Source: Mobula hypostoma (taxonomy: Eukaryota). Taken from it: a DNA stretch of 64,000 nt. The stretch lies in the NCBI RefSeq assembly GCF_963921235.1, contig NC_086108.1:11470001-11534000 (forward strand). Reading direction: 5' to 3'. Positions 12,196 to 25,442 of this stretch are shown here, piece after piece (position 1 is the stretch's first letter; every line of letters begins with the position of its first letter). The notes beneath the pieces are model-generated. The model had not been told where the DNA came from. It was given only the letters and a program-made list of their open reading frames with translations, and ran no database searches. The translations under genes and the position numbers were made by a program.

Positions 12196-12858
12196 TGTCT
12201 TATCGGGGGGATGTCAGAGATAATTTCTTAACACAGAAAGTGGTAGGTGCGTGGGACCCCCTGCCAGGAGTGGTGGTGGAGGGAGATACCTCAGGGATAT
12301 TTAAGAAACTCTTGGGTAGTTCTTACATTCCTGTGTTTCATTGGTTAACCATGAACTCAGAATTAGAATCAGAATCAGAATCAGGTTTAATATCACCGGC
12401 ATATGTCGTGAAATTTGTTAACTTTGTGGCAGCAGTACAATGCAATACATAGTTAAAAAAATACATTAATTATATATACTGTTGTGTATATTTGTATATT
12501 AAATAGTTAAATTAAAATAAGTAATGCAAAAACAGAAACAAAGAATGTAATGAGGTAGTGTTCATGGGTTCAATGTCCATTCAGAAATTGGGTGGCAGGA
12601 GCTGTTCCTGAATCATTGAGTGGGTGCCGTCAGGCTTCTGTACCTCCTTCCTGATGGTAGCAATGAGAAGAGGGCACATCCAGGGTGATGGGGGGTCTTT
12701 AATGATGGACACTGCCTTTTGAAAGAATAAATATTTTACTGAGTGATTAATAACAAGGGAATGCTGGGGCTTTAAGTTAGAAGGAAAACGGAAGAGGAAG
12801 GAGCTTAGAAGAGAAAGAAAGATTAGCTTTATTTGTACATTGAAATATTGGGTGTAGG

Positions 12859-14046
12859 GTGGAGATACATCTCCACCAAAGGAGGTGTAGTGTGTTCCTT
12901 CCCTCCGCCAGACTGCAGGTCACCCCTGGGCAAGGTGCAGCACCTGCTTATCCTGCGCAGTCCCCAGCCCACCCCACCGATCGTGGTCATGTGAAACCAT
13001 GGGAGCAGGTGGTAGATGGTTGTATGAGTAGCTGGTGCATATCACAAGTCCTGTATGGATGGAGCTAAGGAGACAATGGTGCCTAACGGCGACTCCTTCG
13101 CTTGCATCTTTGGAAACAGCTGTATTTCTATCTTTGCCATCTCTGTTTTTCCCTTTCAGGGTTCTTTTGAAGACCCTGACCTGGAGTTCTTCACTGGATC
13201 TCGGTGTCTCATGACTGGTCATTATTTGATATAACAAGGACGCAGCCTAGAAGATTAGTGCACCTTCGGAGTTCCAGGATTTTGTAGCTCTGGATGCGGG
13301 CGGACTTGTGGTCAGTGCCTCTGCAGGGAATCAGTGTGTCATGGGAGATGGAAGATCGAAAGCAGCAAGCTGGCTGCTGGCTGTGTTCCCAGAGACCCGA
13401 GTTCTTTGGGCACAGAGCTTGGAAAAAGTGACACAACGGAATTTTAACATCTTAAATCAGCGAGTTACTTGTTACGTCTCCCCTCTCGCTGTGAAACAGA
13501 GACATCCCTTTTTCTCCTATTAAGGAGAGAGAAAATCTGTGTTATGTTGAATTACCAGGTGAACGAGGAGTCTCCGGTACTGCAAGTCTGTATCTTTAGC
13601 CATGCTCTGCTGCACGTTTGAGTGCTCGGTGGGGAGGGTGCCAATGCTTTTTTGCTGGTGGGGGAGGGGGTAATTGCTTTGCTACTGCTTACACTTGGGG
13701 GGGGAGCTGGGGGTGGCTTTGGGGTTCTAACATTTAACTGTCATTCGTTCTTTGGGGCACTCCTCTGTTTTCATGGATGGTTGCAAAGAAAAAGCATTTC
13801 AAGATGTATATTGTATACATTTCTCTGACATTATATGTACCTTTGAAACCTTTGAAACCACTGACGTCAGGCAGATAATCTCGGAAAAGTATTGGTAATA
13901 GCTAGGGTCACCCATCTTGTAAAGACACTGCCCAGAAGAAGGCAATGGCAAACCACTTCTGTAGAAAAATTTGCCAAGAAGAATCGTGGTCATGTGACCC
14001 TGATCACCCACTTCATACAACATGGCACAGAGTAATGACGGTGATG
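12859..14046 (+). mobile_element. RTE/BovB-related SINE-like element split by a second non-autonomous element (~13052-13857)
   Basis: BovB-like motif gaaggcaatggcaaaccacttc near 13938. The inner element ends with a Rex-like tail (ctttgaaac)n. Confidence 0.55.
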
Positions 14047-14297
14047 TTGAAACATACAGTGAAATGGGCTGTTTGTGTCAAATCAAATCAGCAAGGATTG
14101 CTCTGGGCAGCCCGCAAATATTCTCTTGCATATTAAATGCAAAACTTACTAACACTAACCGTGCATGAACGGACTGTGGGAGGAAACTGGAGCACCCGGA
14201 GGTGTTGGTGAGAACATGCAAACTCCTTATTGGGAACTGAATACCCAGCTTACAGCTGGTGGTGTAAAGAGTTGGGCTAACCTCTACACTACCGTGT
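14047..14297 (-). mobile_element. V-SINE-like copy
   Basis: Reverse V-domain ggactgtgggaggaaactggagcacccggag...acatgcaaactcc. Confidence 0.6.
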
Positions 14298-14308
14298 CAC
14301 CTTTGCTC

Positions 14309-15178
14309 ATTGCGGCCAAAAAGTTCTATTCAAAAGGTTCACAGGAACATCTAAACAAGCTTGATGCATTTTGGGAACAAGTCCTGTGGACTGATGAAGT
14401 TAAAATAGAACTTTTTGGCTGCAATGAGCAAAGGTATGTTTGGAGAAAAAAGGGTGCAGAATTTCATGAAAAGAACACCTCTCCAACTGTTAAGCCCAGG
14501 GGTGGATTGATCATGCTTTGTTGTTGTGTTGCAGCCAGTGGCACGGGGAACATTTACTGGTAGAGGGAAGAATGAATTCAATTAAATACCAGCAAATTCT
14601 GGAAGCAAGCATCACACCGTCTGTAAAAACTTCAAAGATGAAAAGAGGATGGCTTCTACAACAGGATAATGATCCTAGACACACCTCAAAATCCACAATG
14701 GACTACCTCAAGAGGTGCAAGCTAAAGGTTTTGCCATGGCCCTCACAGTCCCCTGACCTAAACATTATCGAAAACCTATGGATAGACCTCAAAAGAGCAG
14801 TGCATGCAAGACGGCCCAAGAATCTCACAGAAATGGAAGCCTTTTGCAAGGAAGAATGGGCAAAAATCCCCCAAACAAGAATTGAAAGACTTTTAGCTGG
14901 CTACAGAAAGTGTTCACAAACTGTGATACTTGCCAAAGGCAGTGTTGCTAAGTGCTGACCATGCAGGGTGCCCAAACATTTGCTTTGGGCCCTTCTCCCT
15001 TTTTGTTATTTTGAAACTGTAAAAAACGGAAATAGAAAAAGTTTTCTTGCTTAAAATATTAAAGAAATGTGTCATCTTTAACCTTATGCCTTTTGGAAAT
15101 CAATTCATCTTTTACTTGCTTACTATTCACAGTAACAGAAATTATGACCAGGGGTGCCCAAACTTTTGCATGCCACTA
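14309..15178 (+). mobile_element. Tc1-like transposon, 5'-truncated, frameshifted DD34E transposase
   Basis: Motifs VLWTDEVKIELFG, LQQDNDPRHTSK, WPSQSPDLNIIENLW. Right-end repeats gggtgcccaaac near 14966 and 15152, followed by a TA run. Confidence 0.9.
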
Positions 15179-15990
15179 TATATATACACACACATAATAT
15201 ATATAAAATAGTTTAAATCAGTAGTGCAAAAACATAAATAAAATTGTAGTGAGGTAGTGTTCAGGGTTCAATGCCCATTTAGAAATTGGATGGCAGAGGG
15301 GAAGAAATTGTTCCTGAATTGAATCGTTGAACGTGTGTCTTCAGACTTCTGTCCCTCCTTCCTGATGGTAACAATGAGAACAAGGCATGATTGGCCTGGT
15401 TAATGGGGGGTCTTTAATGATGGATGCCACTTTTTTGAGGCATCATTCCTTGAGCATGCCCTAGATACTAAGAAAGCTAATGCCCTTGATAGGACTGACT
15501 AGGTTTACAGCTCTCTGCAGATTATTTTGATCCTGTGCAGTAGCCCCATCACCCCATATCAGACGGTAACTCAGCCAGTTTGAATGCTCTTCACAGTACA
15601 TCTGTAGAAATTTGCAAGGTGGTGATGCAAGTATTAAAACACACAACATTGAATGATGAGATGTATAAACAGTTGAATTGGTTTAAAATAGAAAGAGTGC
15701 GTAGAGTAAATACACAACTCAAACTGAAGAAGGATAAATCTCTTTCTGAGATGGGCTTTAGAGCAATCTAGGGAAGAAGATTGAGAGTGTTGGTGGACAG
15801 CTAAGATGATTTTGTGATGTGGAATGTATATTGAAGCTGTCTGGAGATAATGGACCATTAGGCCCTGTGTCAGTGGAGGGGAAAATCATCGGAGCCCTGA
15901 CAGGGAGATAAGATCGTCCAGAAATGACAAGTGTAACAATGAACAGTCAGCAAAAGAGAATTGCCTGCCAGATCAACCTTATTGGTTTAG

Positions 15991-16265
15991 GGCAGGACAG
16001 TAGCATAATAGTTACGCTTTACAAAGCCAGTGACCCAGGTTCAATTCTCGTCTGTAAGGAGTTTGTACCTTTTCCCCGTGATCGCTTGGATTTCCTCTGG
16101 GTGCTCCAGCTTCCTCCCACAGTCCAAAGACTTGTGGCTTAGCAAGGGTTCCCAAGTTGTAGGCATGCTATGTTGGTGCTGGAAGCACGGTGACTTGCAG
16201 ACTGCCTACAGCGCATCGTTGGGCTGTACGTTTCAATATATACATGACATATAAAGCCAGTCTTT
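15991..16265 (+). mobile_element. V-SINE-like copy
   Basis: B-box ggttcaattc, then ggagtttgtacc...gggtgctccagcttcctcccacagtccaaagac. Confidence 0.7.
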
Positions 16266-16284
16266 TCTTCAACGTTTTAAAATT

Positions 16285-16529
16285 TTTATTTATGTATTGA
16301 GATACATCACAGGATAGGACTTTCTGCCCCTCAAGCCGTACAACCAGCAATCTCCCGGTTTAATCCTATCCTACAATGACCTCTTAACTGACATCTTCGG
16401 ACTGTGGGAGAAAATTGGAGCACCCGGAGGAAACCTACAGGGAAAATGCACAAACTTCTTACAAGTAGCGGTTGGAATTGAACCAGGGTCACCTGCACTG
16501 TAAAGCGTTGTATTAACCGCTATGCTACA
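16285..16529 (-). mobile_element. V-SINE (HE1-like) copy
   Basis: Reverse complement of head and V-domain (ggactgtgggagaaaattggagcacccggaggaaacc; gaattgaaccaggg). Confidence 0.7.
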
Positions 16530-16570
16530 CAGTAGGTTGACTCTTATTTGCAAATTTGAATAAAATGTTG

Positions 16571-17233
16571 GTCATAGTCATAGTCATAGTTATACTTCAT
16601 TAATCCCGGGGGAAATTGTTTTTGTTACAGTTGCTCCATAAATAATAAATAGTAATAGAACCATAAATAGTAATATGTAATTATGCCAGTAAATTATGAA
16701 ATAAGTCCAGGACCAGCCTATTGGCTCAGGGTGTCTGACCCTCCAAGGAAGGAGTTGTAAAGTTTGATGGCCACAGGCAGAAATGACTTCCTATGACGCT
16801 CAGTGTTGCATCTCGGTGGAATGAGTCTCTGGCTGAATGTACTCCTGTGCCCACCCAGTACATTATGTAGTGGATGGGAGACATTGATCAAGATGGCATG
16901 CAACTTAGACAGCATCCTCTTTTCAGACACCACCGTGAGAGAGTCCAGTTCCATCCCCACAACATCACTGGCCTTACGAATGAGTTTATTGATTCTGTTG
17001 GTGTCTGCTACCCTCAGCCTGCTGCCCCAACACACAACAGCAAACATGATCGCACTGGCCACCACAGACTTGTAGAACATCCTCAGCATCGTCCGGCAAA
17101 TGTTAAAGGACCTCAGTCTCCTCAGGAAATAGAGACGGCTCTGACCCTTCTTGTAGACAGCCTCAGTGTTCTTTGACCAGTCCAGTTTATTGTCAATTCA
17201 TATCTCCAGGTATTTGTAATCCTCCACCATGTC
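16571..17233 (-). mobile_element. Rex1/Babar-type LINE 3' fragment, (ATGACT)n-tailed family
   Basis: ORF 16718..17089 is nearly identical to the C-terminal part of 28834..29550. Tail gtcatagtcatagtcata. Confidence 0.9.
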
Positions 17234-18391
17234 ATATCAGAAAACTTCTGAAGATGACAAGACTCTGTGCAATGAACTGGCCTCAACTGTTTCCTGTGGC
17301 AGAGAATTCCACAGATTTACCACTCTCTGTGTGAAGTAGTTTTTCCTAATCTCGGTCCTAAAAGGCTTCCCCTTTATCCTCAAACTGTGACCCCTCATTC
17401 TGGACTTCCCCAACATCGGGAACAATCTTCCTGCATCTAGCCTGTCTAATCCCTTTAGAATTTTATACGTTTCAATCAGATCCCCCCTCAATCTTCTAAA
17501 TTCCAAAGAGTACAAGCCTAGTTCATCCAGTCTTTCTTCATATGAAAGTCCTGCCATCCCAGGAATCAATCTGGTGAACCTTCTTTGTACTCCCTCTATG
17601 GCAAGAATGTCTTTCCTCAGATTAGGGGACCAAAACTGCACACAATACTCCAGGTGTGGTCTCACCAAGGCCTTGTACAACTGCAGTAGTACCTCCCTGC
17701 TCCCGTACTCGAATCCTCTTGCAATGAATGCCAGCATACCATTCACCTTTTTCACCGCCTGCTGTACCTGCATGCCCACTTTCAGTGACTGGTGTATAAT
17801 GACAACCAGGTCTCGTTGCACCTCCCCTTTTTCTAATCGGCCACCATTCAGATAATAATCTGTTTTCCTGTTTTTGCCACCAAAGTGGATAACCTCACAT
17901 TTATCCACATTAAATTGCATCTGCCATGAATTTGCCCACTCACCTAACCTATCCAAGTCACCCTGAATCCTCTTAGCATCCTTCTCACAGCTAACACTGC
18001 TGCCCAGCTTTGTGTCATCTGCAAACTTGGAGATGCTGCATTTAATTCCCTCATCCAAGTCATTAATATATATTGTAAACAACTGGGGTCCCAGCACTGA
18101 GCCTTGCGGTACCCCACTCGTCACTGCCTGCCATTCTGAAAATGTCCCGTTTATTCCCACTCTTTGCTTCCTGTCTGCCAACCAATTCTCTATCCACATC
18201 AATACCATACCCCCAATACCGTGTGCTTTAAGTTTGCACACTAATCTCCTGTGTGGGACCTTGTCAAAAGCCTTTTGAAAATCCAAATATACCAGATCCA
18301 TTGGTTCTCCCCTATCCACTCTACTAGTTACATCCTCAAAAAATTTGTCAGACATGATTTTCCTTTCACAAATCCATGCTGACTTTGTCCG

Positions 18392-18814
18392 CTTATGCCT
18401 CACCTCCCCCTTGTACCCCATCTGTTATTTATTTTTATACACACATTCTTTCTCTCACTCTCCTTTTTCTCCCTCTGTCCCTCTGACTATACCCCTTGAC
18501 CGTCCTCTGGTTCCCCCCACCTTGTCTTTCTTCCCGGACCTCCTGTCCCATGATCCTCTCGTATCCCCTTTGCCAATCACCTGTCCAGCTCTTGGCTCCA
18601 TCCCTCCCCCTCCTGTCTTCTCCTATCATTTTGGATATCCCCCTCCCCCTCCCACTTTCTAATCTCTTACTAACTCTTCCTTCAGTTAGTCCTGACGAAG
18701 GGTCTCGGCCTGAAAGGTCGACTGTACCTCTTCCTAGGATGCTGCCTGGCCTGCTGCGTTCACCAGCAACTTTGATGTGTGTTGCTTGAATTTCCAGCAT
18801 CTGCAGAATTCCTG
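18392..18814 (+). mobile_element. Penelope-like pLTR/3' fragment nested in CR1
   Basis: TSD TTGTCCG 18385-18391 / 18815-18821. Same terminal sequence as 1084-1225. Confidence 0.8.
18688..18723 (+). ncRNA. Minimal type I hammerhead ribozyme motif, stem III variant
   Basis: Reads AGUC-CUGACGA-AGGGUCUCGGCCU-GAAA-G-GUC-GACU. Confidence 0.65.
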
Positions 18815-20404
18815 TTGTCCGATGATTTCACCGCTTTCCAAATGTGCTGTTATCACACCTTTGATAATTGACTCTAGCATTTTCCCCACCACCGATGTCA
18901 GGCTAACCGGTCTATAGTTCCCCGGTTTCTCTCTCCCTCCTTTTTTAAAAAGCCCGGTTACATTAGCCACCCTCCAATCCTCAGGAACTAATCCAGGATC
19001 TAAAGAGTTTTGAAAAATTATCACTAATGCATCCACTATTTTTTGTGCTACTTCCTTAAGCATGCTGGGATGCAGACCATCTGGCCCTGGGGAATTTATC
19101 TGGCTTCAATCCCTTCAATTTACCTAACACCACTTCCCTACTAACATGTATTTCCCTCAGTTCCTCCATCTCTCTAGACCGTGGGTCCCCTACTATTTCC
19201 AGAAGATTATTTATGTCCTCCTTAGTGAAAACAGAACCAAAGTAGTTATTGAATTGGTCTGCCATGTCCTTGTTCCCCATGATCAATTCACCTGTTTCTG
19301 ACTGTAAGGGACCTACATTTGTCTTAACCAATATCCATATCCATAAAAGCTTTTACAGTCAGTTTTTATGTTCCCTGCCAGTTTTCTCTCATAATCTTTT
19401 TTCCCCTTCCTAATTAAGCCCTTTGTCCTCCTCTGCTGAACTCTGAATTTCTCCCAGTCCTCAGGTGAGCCACTTTTTCTGGCTAATTTGTATGCTTCTT
19501 CTTTGGAATTGATACTATCCCTAATTTCTCTTGTCAGCCACGGGTGCACTACCTTCCTTGATTTATTCTTTTGCCAAACTGGGATGAACAATTGTTGCAG
19601 TTCATCCATGCGATCTTTAAATGCTTGCCATTGCATATCCACCGTCAACCCTTTAAGTATCATTTGCCAGTCTATCTTAGCTAATTCACGTCTCATACCT
19701 TCAAAGTTACCCTTCTTTAAGTTCAGAACCTTTGTTACTGAATTAACTATGTCACTCTCCATCTTAATGAAGAATTCCACCATATTATGGTCACTCTTAC
19801 CCAAAGGGCCTCACACGACAAGATTGCTAACTAACCCTTCCTCATTGCTCAATACCCAGTCCTGAATGGCCTGCTCTCTAGTTGGTTCCTCGACATGTTG
19901 GTTCAGAAATCTATCCCGCATACATTCCAAGAAATCCTCTTCCTCAACACCCTTACCCATTTGGTTCACCCAAACTATATGTAGATTGAAGTCACCCATT
20001 ATAACTGCTGTTCCTTTATTGCACGCATTTCTAATTTCCTGCTTAATGCCATCCCCAACCTCACTACTACTGTTAGGTGGTCTGTACACAACTCCCACCA
20101 ACGTTTTCTGACCCTTGGTGTTATACAGCTCTACCCATATCGATTCCACATCCTCCTGGCTAATGTCCTGCCTTTCTATTGCATTAATCTCCTCTCTAAC
20201 CAACAATGCCACCCCACATCCTTTTCTTTCATGTCTATCCCTCCTGAATATTGAATATCCCTGAACGTTGAACTCCCATCCTTGATCACCCTGGAGCCAT
20301 GTCTCTGTGATCCCAACGATATCATATTCATTAATAACTATCTGCACATTCAGTTCATCTGCCTTTTTACGAATGCTCCTTGCATTGACACACAAAGCCT
20401 TCAA

Positions 20405-21006
20405 GAAATAACAGACTGTACACTGAAAAAAATGATAAAGAGAATATATTTACAAATTTCAGCTTTATCAAACAGTTATTAAGAAAAAGAAAAAACTAAA
20501 ATAAAAGAGTCCATTACAGTTAACCGAGCCCATATGTACACATAAAGTTGGAGTTCATCTTGAAGTTGTTGTTTTATTCACACACTGGACCCATGGTCTG
20601 CATGAGAGCACGTACTACCTTCCAGACATTGCTCGAAATCCATCTCAAATAAACATGCTCTCTCTCCGAAATATTGGTCCTTCCTCCTTGGAGCCATTGA
20701 TCTGCACAAAACATTTCGTACCAAGGGTACACTCCTTCCCATATCCTCAGCCATCTTCCCTCCTGTCCTCTTGGCAGCTCCCACCAAAAATACCTGCAAA
20801 CCACACAGTCTGTTACAAATCTCACTCCACCCAGTTCTCTGGAGAACTTTCTCCCAATTCCACCATCCTGGTTAGCTGACACAACACTCCTAAGTTGAAC
20901 ATTATTAGCCAGAACCAGTCTACCAGCAGAAACCATTGCTTTTACAGAACTGCTAAAATGAAATATCCAAAGCATAACTGTAGAAATCTTAAGCAGTTCA
21001 ATTACA
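20405..21006 (-). mobile_element. 3' LTR of a Gypsy element, outer end truncated
   Basis: Ends ...attaca next to ctctacccccgcc (a minus-strand polypurine tract). Similar to 25002-25442. Confidence 0.75.
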
Positions 21007-23307
21007 CTCTACCCCCGCCAGAAATAGTCATGTTCTTATTAATTTGGAAATTACTAAACCATTATTAATAACAAAGTATTCAAATGAATTTTGTGATTTC
21101 GGGACCTCCAATCCATTTGTAAATGGAAGTAGCATATCTCACCATAGGAATAGACATAACTCTCCATTTCTCAGGTGCATCATCTGCTGGGGGTTTCTGA
21201 CTCTCTGAGATCTCCTTGTTTCATCTTCAGCTTTTCCAGTTTCAACCACCTCTTGTGACCCTTCCTGTCTACAAGATAGAGCCTCACTCATATCTTCCAG
21301 CAGCTCAGGTCCCCTTCTCCATGCCTGAATTTAACTTCCTTCAGTTTAAGCAGGTGCTGCCAAACATTTTCAACCTTCTATAGTACTAAAGGCGAGGCCT
21401 CTCTTGGAAAGGGGTGTCCTCGGTCACTCTAATAGTGTAGTATGTAAAGACATCTTCTCAGTTAATCTCCTTTTCCATTCCTCCGGTATCAGTGAGTCAC
21501 CAAAGATGCATGACGTCAATGTTGACTTCCTCGATCCATGAAGATATTTTTCTTCCATTTCCCCAGGAAAACTAGACACTACCATCACTGAAAAAAGAGG
21601 GGCAGTCAGCACTCCATGTCTGAGGGTAGCCTCACTTCCTGAGGTGTTCTGACAATTGCTGTCATCCCGTTTGTGTAGCCAGCCGAAGATTTCTGCAGTT
21701 CAAGTCTCACCAGCACTCCTATAGGCAAGCATGACTCTTCTTCCTGATCATCATGAGCATCCACCTGGATGGCCGAGGCATTGGGCATTCCAGCAAATTT
21801 GGGGGTTCCTGTCACTCTAGCTACTCCTCCAGGATGTAACATGACAGGTTTAGACGGCGTGTACCACACAGTTCCTTATTTCTACTCATCACCTTGCTTA
21901 GAGGAATTTGCACCTTCTAAAAAGCAGCTCTGAACAGAGTGAAGGTTTTCAAAAACTTCTGTCCATTCTCCCCTTGCATGCTCCCACAAGCCTTCTCACA
22001 ACAGAAGAATTTGTTCCCACAAGAACGGAAGCTCCACCCTTTCCGACTGGATCTGGGCAGACCAACACTGTTGTGTCAGTAGTCTCAGTTATTCCAGCAT
22101 CTGCTTCTGAAAATTCCAGTTTCAACAACAAATAACCATCGTATGGGAACATATCAGTGCTAATGCCCCAAACCTCAGGGGCACTGTGTGGTGTCAATGG
22201 TAAATGCGTCAAATGCCGGTTGCAAAAGGATCTATAAAGCAAATTAACTTGAGAACCTGTGTCAAGTATGGCTCTAGCATAAACACCTTCAATCCGTATG
22301 GATATGTCGGAGCCTGGTCCCACTAAACCTTCAGGAATAGTGTTTTGCACTTTAGTACTTTGCTTGATACACTGATAGGAATGTATCCTCAAGACACCAG
22401 TCCATTCCTTTACTAGCTCCCTCTGTAGGTTTGCCTCTCTTCTTCTCTGTCTTATTCACCACTGACTTCCTTTTTGAAGATTTTCTTGTCCCTCACAGTC
22501 TCGCTTGAAATGACTATCTTCTCCACAGTTGTAACAGTAAATGCCAGTTGCCTCTCTAGTAAAAGAACCCTTTTCAGCAGCAATCTGCTGCGTCGTACGT
22601 CCTACAGGTGGGTCAGGTTTCCCAACGGATGTATCACATTCAAATGAAACATTAGCAGACATCATCGAGTCAGCTCAGCCCGAAGATTTTCCACTTCATT
22701 CTTCGAAAGCTCCATCTCTGTGGCATCAAGGGTTACTTTGGCAGCAGAGGCTACCATTGAAGACACTACTTGGCTTTTATAAATGTTTCACTTCTCAATC
22801 ATGTTTTCCTCCTCTCTAACTTCTCTGAGTATCGTACCTCAGGAAAAGATGGACTAAGGGCTCATTCGAATACGTAGACCAATCATGTCATGTGACAGCG
22901 CACCCTTCACAACTTGCTCAAACAATTTCTCTCAGACAGTTGAATGCCCTGTTTGTGGCACGAATGATGCAGCAATTTCTCTAATCTGAAAAGATAGGCA
23001 GGCAGCATCTCTCCTTCCTCCTGGAACGTGTGCCAAAACTTCATCCTAAGATCGGCTGCACTTTCAGCAGTGCCTAAAGCATCTTCCAGAGCTTGTAGTT
23101 AATTGGATTATGTGGCTAATGGGTTTTCCACCTTGAGGAACCTCACTGTATCAGCCAACAGATCCTTTAAACTGTCCACCAGTCTCATTTTTTTCATATT
23201 AGTTGCACACTGCCATTCATTCAGAAACTGAGATGTCCCTCAGCCCAGACCTCATATTGTTCTTCCCCTGTGGGTGTGGGCTTGACCCAGAGAACACTCC
23301 CAGCCTA
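21007..23307 (-). mobile_element. Gypsy internal region: PNMA-like gag + protease, no recognisable RT or integrase
   Basis: My translation near 23170-23305 gives RLGVFSG..TPTGEEQYEVWAE and EWQCATNMKKMRLVDSLK. ORF track gives CYNCGEDSHFKRDC (CCHC) and ARAILDTGSQV (aspartic protease). Confidence 0.85.
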
Positions 23308-24836
23308 CAGTGGTGCTAGAAAGTTTGTGAACCCTGTAGAATTTTCTCGATTTCTGCATAAATATGATCTAAAATGTGATCAGATTTTCTTGAGTCCAAC
23401 TAGATAAAGTGAACCCAATTAAATAATTAACTAAAAATTTATACTTGTTCATCTATTTATTGAGAAAAATAATCCAATATTACATGCATTTGTTGGGAAA
23501 AGTATGCGAATCCCTGGGGTAATAGCTTTTACAAAAGGAATTTGGAGCCAGGTGTTCCAATCTACGAGATGAGATTGGAGGTGTGGGTTGCAGAGCACCT
23601 GCCTTATAAAAGAGACAGACAAAGTCACGATACTGATGGAGCCTGATCTTCTCAAGAAAGATCTGTTTATGTCCACAATGCCCCAATCAAAACAACGTTC
23701 TGAGGACCTTGGAAGAAGAATGTAGAGATGCATGAAGCTGTAAAAGTCTACAAAAGCATTCCTAAAGACCTGAGTGCTCGTCATTCCGCAATAAGAGAAA
23801 CTGTCTACAAATGGAGGAAACTCAGTACTGTTGCTACTCTCCCTAAGAGTGGGCATCCTGCAATCATCACACCAGAGCACAACATGCAATGCTGAAGGAG
23901 GTGACAAAGAACCCAAGGGTAACAGCAAAATACCTGCAGAGATCTGTAGAAATTACTAAAATCTCTGTTCATGTGTCCACTATAAGTAAAACACTGAATA
24001 AGAATGGTGTTCATGGAAGGACACCATGGACGATACCATGGCTCTCCAAACCAAAATGCGGCATGTCTCAAGTTTATAAAAGACCACCTGTATGTTCCAC
24101 AATGCTTCTAGAACAACGTTCACTGGACAGATGAGACAAAAGTTGAATTTTTCGGCAGAAATACACATTGCTATATTTGGAGGAAAAAGCACACCAACAC
24201 CCAAACCTCATCCCAACTGTGGAGCATGGTGGAAGGAGCATCATGGTTTGGGGCTGCTTTGCTGCCTCAGGGCCTGGACAGCTTGCAATTGTTGAGGAAA
24301 CAATGAATTCAAAATTGTATCAAGACATTTTACAGGAGAATGGCAGGGTAGCAGTCCGTCACCTGAAGCTTAACATAAGATGGATAATGCAACAAGACAA
24401 TGACCCAAAATACAAGAGTAAATCAACAACAGAATGGTTTAAAAAGAAGAAAAATTGTGTTTTGGAATGGCCGAGTCAAAGTCCTGATCTTAATCCTGTA
24501 GAAATGTTGTGGAAGGAGCTAAAACAAGCAGTTCATGCAAGGAAGCCTACCAACATCCCAGATTTGAGGTAGTTTTGTAAGGAGGGATGGGCAATGTGCA
24601 GGACTGTTCAACAGTTACCGGAAATGCTTGGTTGAATCTATTGCTGTACGAGGAGGTCACACCAGTTACTGAAAGCAAAGGTTCAGATACTTTTTCCAAC
24701 AAATACATGTAATACTGGATGATTTTTCTCAATAAATAAATGAACAAGTGCAATGTGTTTGCGTTATTTATTTAATTGGAGTCTCTTTATCTAGTTTTAG
24801 GACTTCTATGAATATCTGATCACATTTTAACTCATA
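23308..24836 (+). mobile_element. Tc1-like transposon, decayed, outer right TIR missing
   Basis: Starts TA|CAGTGG. Inverted repeat 23363-23490 / 24701-24836. Motifs HGGRSIMVWGCF, QQDNDPKY, WPSQSPDLNPVEMLW. Confidence 0.9.
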
Positions 24837-25001
24837 GCTTCTATTTGTTTACAGCTGAGCTGTGTAGTGAGCAGTTGGCACAGTTCACAGAGAGATAACG
24901 TCCCAAAAGTGGGACATAAAAGTCAAGGTCAAAGTAAGTGTGTTATTGAAGTATGTATATATCGTCATGTATAACACCAAGGACACGTTTTACTTTTGTT
25001 T

Positions 25002-25442
25002 ACCACTGGACCCATGGTCTGCGTGAAAGCACACACAACCTTTGGAACATTGCTCGAAATCCGTCTCAAGTAAATGGGCTGTCTCGCAGGAGTATTAGCC
25101 CTTCCTCCTTGGAGCCATTCATCTGTACAAGGCACTTCATGCCGGGGGGTGGGGTGCTCCTTCCCATGGCATCCTCAACCATCTTCCCTCCTGTCCTCTC
25201 CCGCCAGAAAAAAAATGCAAACCACCATGTTCGTTACAAATCTCACTCCACCAAGTTCTCTTTAGAATTTTCTCCCAATTCCATCATCCTGATTGACTGA
25301 CACAACACTCCTAGGTTGAATATCATAGCCCCTTATCCATTAGCTGGAACCAAATAGTTACCAGCACAAAGCACTGCTTTTACAGAACTGCTAAAATGAA
25401 ATATCTACAGCATAACAGCAGAAATCTTAACCAGTTCTATCA
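25002..25442 (-). mobile_element. Partial 5' LTR (or related LTR) of the same Gypsy family
   Basis: Aligns by eye with 20583-21000 (cactggacccatggtctgc, acattgctcgaaatcc, ttttacagaactgctaaaatgaaatatc). Confidence 0.75.

Larger units (their letters stand above)
17270..20404 (-). mobile_element. CR1 LINE ORF2 (EN + RT), frameshifted, 3' end missing
   Basis: ORFs 19811..20404 (NARSIRKK, GITETWL, YRPP, MGDFN), 19313..19804, 18734..19063, 17237..18421 (DFQKAFDKVPH, GVPQGSVLGP, FADD). Confidence 0.95.

Noticed and set aside
21007..23307. Domesticated PNMA gene
   Set aside because: It is frameshifted, disrupted by Tc1 and flanked by LTRs.
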